Part shown: in pieces, positions 16,626 through 18,127 of the stretch
Layout of the letters: each line of letters opens with the position of its first letter
Numbering within the stretch: position 1 is the stretch's first letter
NCBI GenBank assembly: GCA_045545475.1
Contig: JAZQAZ010000039.1
Span: 1-18,127, forward strand
Source: Clostridia bacterium
GTDB lineage: Bacteria; Bacillota; Clostridia; CAKSNL01; HGM11501
Length of the DNA: 18,127 nucleotides
Direction: 5' to 3'
Position numbers and translations under genes: made by a program
Notes under the pieces: generated by a model
The model's input: only the letters and a program-made list of their open reading frames with translations
Databases searched by the model: none
Told to the model about the DNA's origin: nothing

Positions 16626-16654
16626 ATTATAATATAAGGCATTCAAAAATGCAA
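16626..16654 (-). promoter_or_regulatory. sigmaA promoter of the lrp operon, TTGCAT-N17-TATAAT
   Basis: -35 at 16654-16649, perfect -10 at 16631-16626, 17-nt spacer. Confidence 0.7.
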
Positions 16655-16702
16655 CGATATTTCCAAAACACGAGCGATTATAAACTTTTTTCGATATGTA
16701 GT

Positions 16703-16731
16703 TAAAAACAGCTCTAATGTTGCTGTTTTTA
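16703..16731. promoter_or_regulatory. 10-bp inverted repeat between the divergent promoters (operator or terminator-like)
   Basis: TAAAAACAGC-N9-GCTGTTTTTA, abutting the -35 at 16732. Confidence 0.5.
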
Positions 16732-16760
16732 TTGCTTAGTTTACCCAAGTATCTTATAAT
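16732..16760 (+). promoter_or_regulatory. sigmaA promoter of the PHP gene, TTGCTT-N17-TATAAT
   Basis: -35 at 16732-16737, perfect -10 at 16755-16760. Confidence 0.65.
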
Positions 16761-16888
16761 TAGTTCGTTCGTGATAACAGATACATTTCACTACAGATGA
16801 CCGTCTTTTGACGATAAAATCAGCACGAAAGAAGTTGCGAAATATTAGTAAAAGGCAATAACCCAAAAAAGAAAAGGAGAAATAATTT

Positions 16889-17890
16889 ATGAAAAAATAT
16901 CTTCTGCCTGAAAACGGCAACTTTTATAAAGCGAATTTGCATTGCCATTCTACAGTTTCGGATGGAACGATGACCCCTGAGGAAATTAAAGAACATTATA
17001 AGAAAAACGGATATGCCATAGTTGCATATACCGACCATGAGATATTAGTTCCTCACAACGAACTGGCTGATGAGGATTTCCTTCCTCTGAACGGATATGA
17101 AATGCAAATTCTGCAGGAAGGCCCTGAAGATATTCGCACAAGAAAGTGTTGCCATATCTGTCTTATTGCCACTGCCCCTGACAATGTAAAACAGATTTGC
17201 CATCACCGCTCCAAATATGTTTGGGGTAATGCTCTTAAATACCTGAATGTTATTCAGTTTGATGAAAATGAACCTGATTACGAAAGAGTATATTCTCACG
17301 AAGGTATTAGCGATATAATGAAAAAGGGGTTGAATAACGGTTTTTTCGTTACATATAATCACCCTTCATGGTCTCAGGAAAACTATTCTGATTATATGGG
17401 ATATAATTATATGAATGCTATGGAAATTTATAACTATGGCTGCGTGAAAAGTGGTTATCCTGACTACAACGAAAAAGAATATGACGATATGTTGCGTGGT
17501 GACAAACGAATATTTTGCATTGCTGCAGATGATAATCACAGACTCGAAAACTGTTGTGGCGGATTTACAATGATTAAAGCAGACAAGCTGGAATACAAAA
17601 CGATTACAGATGCATTAGTTAACGGTAATTTCTATTCGTCGCACGGACCTTTAATACACAATTTGTGGTTTGAAGACGGAAAAATTCATGTCGATTGTTC
17701 CGATGCTGTTAAAATCAGATTAAACACCGGGATAAGACGATCAGCAATGCTCACTGCCGGTGATGGAGAAGTGATTAACTCTGCTGATTTTGATGTGGTG
17801 CCGGTGGATGGATACGTAAGAATTACAGTAATTGATTCTCAAGGAAACTGTGCAAACACAAATGCATATTTTACAGATAGTCTGTTTTAG
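16889..17890 (+). CDS. PHP-domain metallohydrolase (CehA/McbA-like)
   Basis: KANLHCHSTVSDG, AYTDH, GYEM, YNHP, MEIYN, AADDNH; AAGGAG RBS. Confidence 0.88.
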   Translation: MKKYLLPENGNFYKANLHCHSTVSDGTMTPEEIKEHYKKNGYAIVAYTDHEILVPHNELADEDFLPLNGYEMQILQEGPEDIRTRKCCHICLIATAPDNVKQICHHRSKYVWGNALKYLNVIQFDENEPDYERVYSHEGISDIMKKGLNNGFFVTYNHPSWSQENYSDYMGYNYMNAMEIYNYGCVKSGYPDYNEKEYDDMLRGDKRIFCIAADDNHRLENCCGGFTMIKADKLEYKTITDALVNGNFYSSHGPLIHNLWFEDGKIHVDCSDAVKIRLNTGIRRSAMLTAGDGEVINSADFDVVPVDGYVRITVIDSQGNCANTNAYFTDSLF

Positions 17891-17901
17891 AAGTTAAAAT
17901 C

Positions 17902-17933
17902 AGCTTGTGGCAGGGATGCCCTCACCACAAGCT
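17902..17933. terminator. Hairpin after the PHP gene, probable terminator
   Basis: AGCTTGTGG..AGGG-ATG-CCCT..CCACAAGCT, 11 nt after the stop, followed by a short T run. Confidence 0.65.
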
Positions 17934-18026
17934 TTGCGGAATGTGACATAGGCTTGATATCGTCGGTAAAATAGCATTTTTTTGTAAAATATCCTAATTT
18001 ATGGATATCGTCGACTACACAAACAA

Positions 18027-18066
18027 ATACCCCTCTTAGCCAGTAAAGGTTGGCCAAGAGGGGTAT
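18027..18066 (-). terminator. Long hairpin, probable terminator for a transcript arriving from the right
   Basis: ATACCCCTCTT / AAGAGGGGTAT 11-bp stem plus inner GCCA/TGGC; followed by TTGTTT on the minus strand. Confidence 0.55.
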
Positions 18067-18127
18067 ATGTTTCATAGTTATTCGCAAGATGGCTTACCTG
18101 CTGAAGGGTAATAACATCATAGTTCCC

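Noticed and set aside
16790-16832. Hammerhead ribozyme (CAGATGA-stem-GATAA)
   Set aside because: Core deviates from CUGANGA and GAAA, and stems I and III cannot be formed convincingly.
16820-18087. Minus-strand ORFs 16820..17038, 17045..17362 and 17887..18087
   Set aside because: Antisense to the PHP gene or running through two terminator-like hairpins; no motifs recognised.

Overview
AT-rich window from what looks like a Clostridia-type Firmicute (strong GGAGG ribosome-binding sites, sigmaA-type promoters). It has four parts. (1) 1-~1930: the apparent end of a mobile element, with two DUF3846-like paralogs, an un-called excisionase-like HTH ORF, hypothetical genes and an iteron-like array phased at 11 bp around a palindrome. 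A candidate ~180-nt sRNA with its own promoter and terminator follows. (2) 2216-7370: two secreted proteins, each ending in a Cu-amine-oxidase-N ('stalk') domain. One is a non-catalytic protein with four F5/8C (CBM32-like) domains and the other is a CBM6 + GH99-like hydrolase. An AraC/GH chimeric remnant lies upstream, and the whole block is bracketed by an imperfect 35-bp direct repeat. (3) 7920-16597: a tightly packed eight-gene operon headed by an Lrp regulator (ceramidase-like hydrolase, M20 amidohydrolase, PLP aminotransferase, Ldh_2 and GldA-like reductases, a leaderless B3-like metallo-beta-lactamase-fold protein, GH39). I cannot match it to a characterised pathway. (4) A divergent PHP-family metallohydrolase and a hairpin-rich right end. 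No rRNA, tRNA, CRISPR array, integrase or transposase was seen. All family calls come from motif recognition by eye, not database searches.
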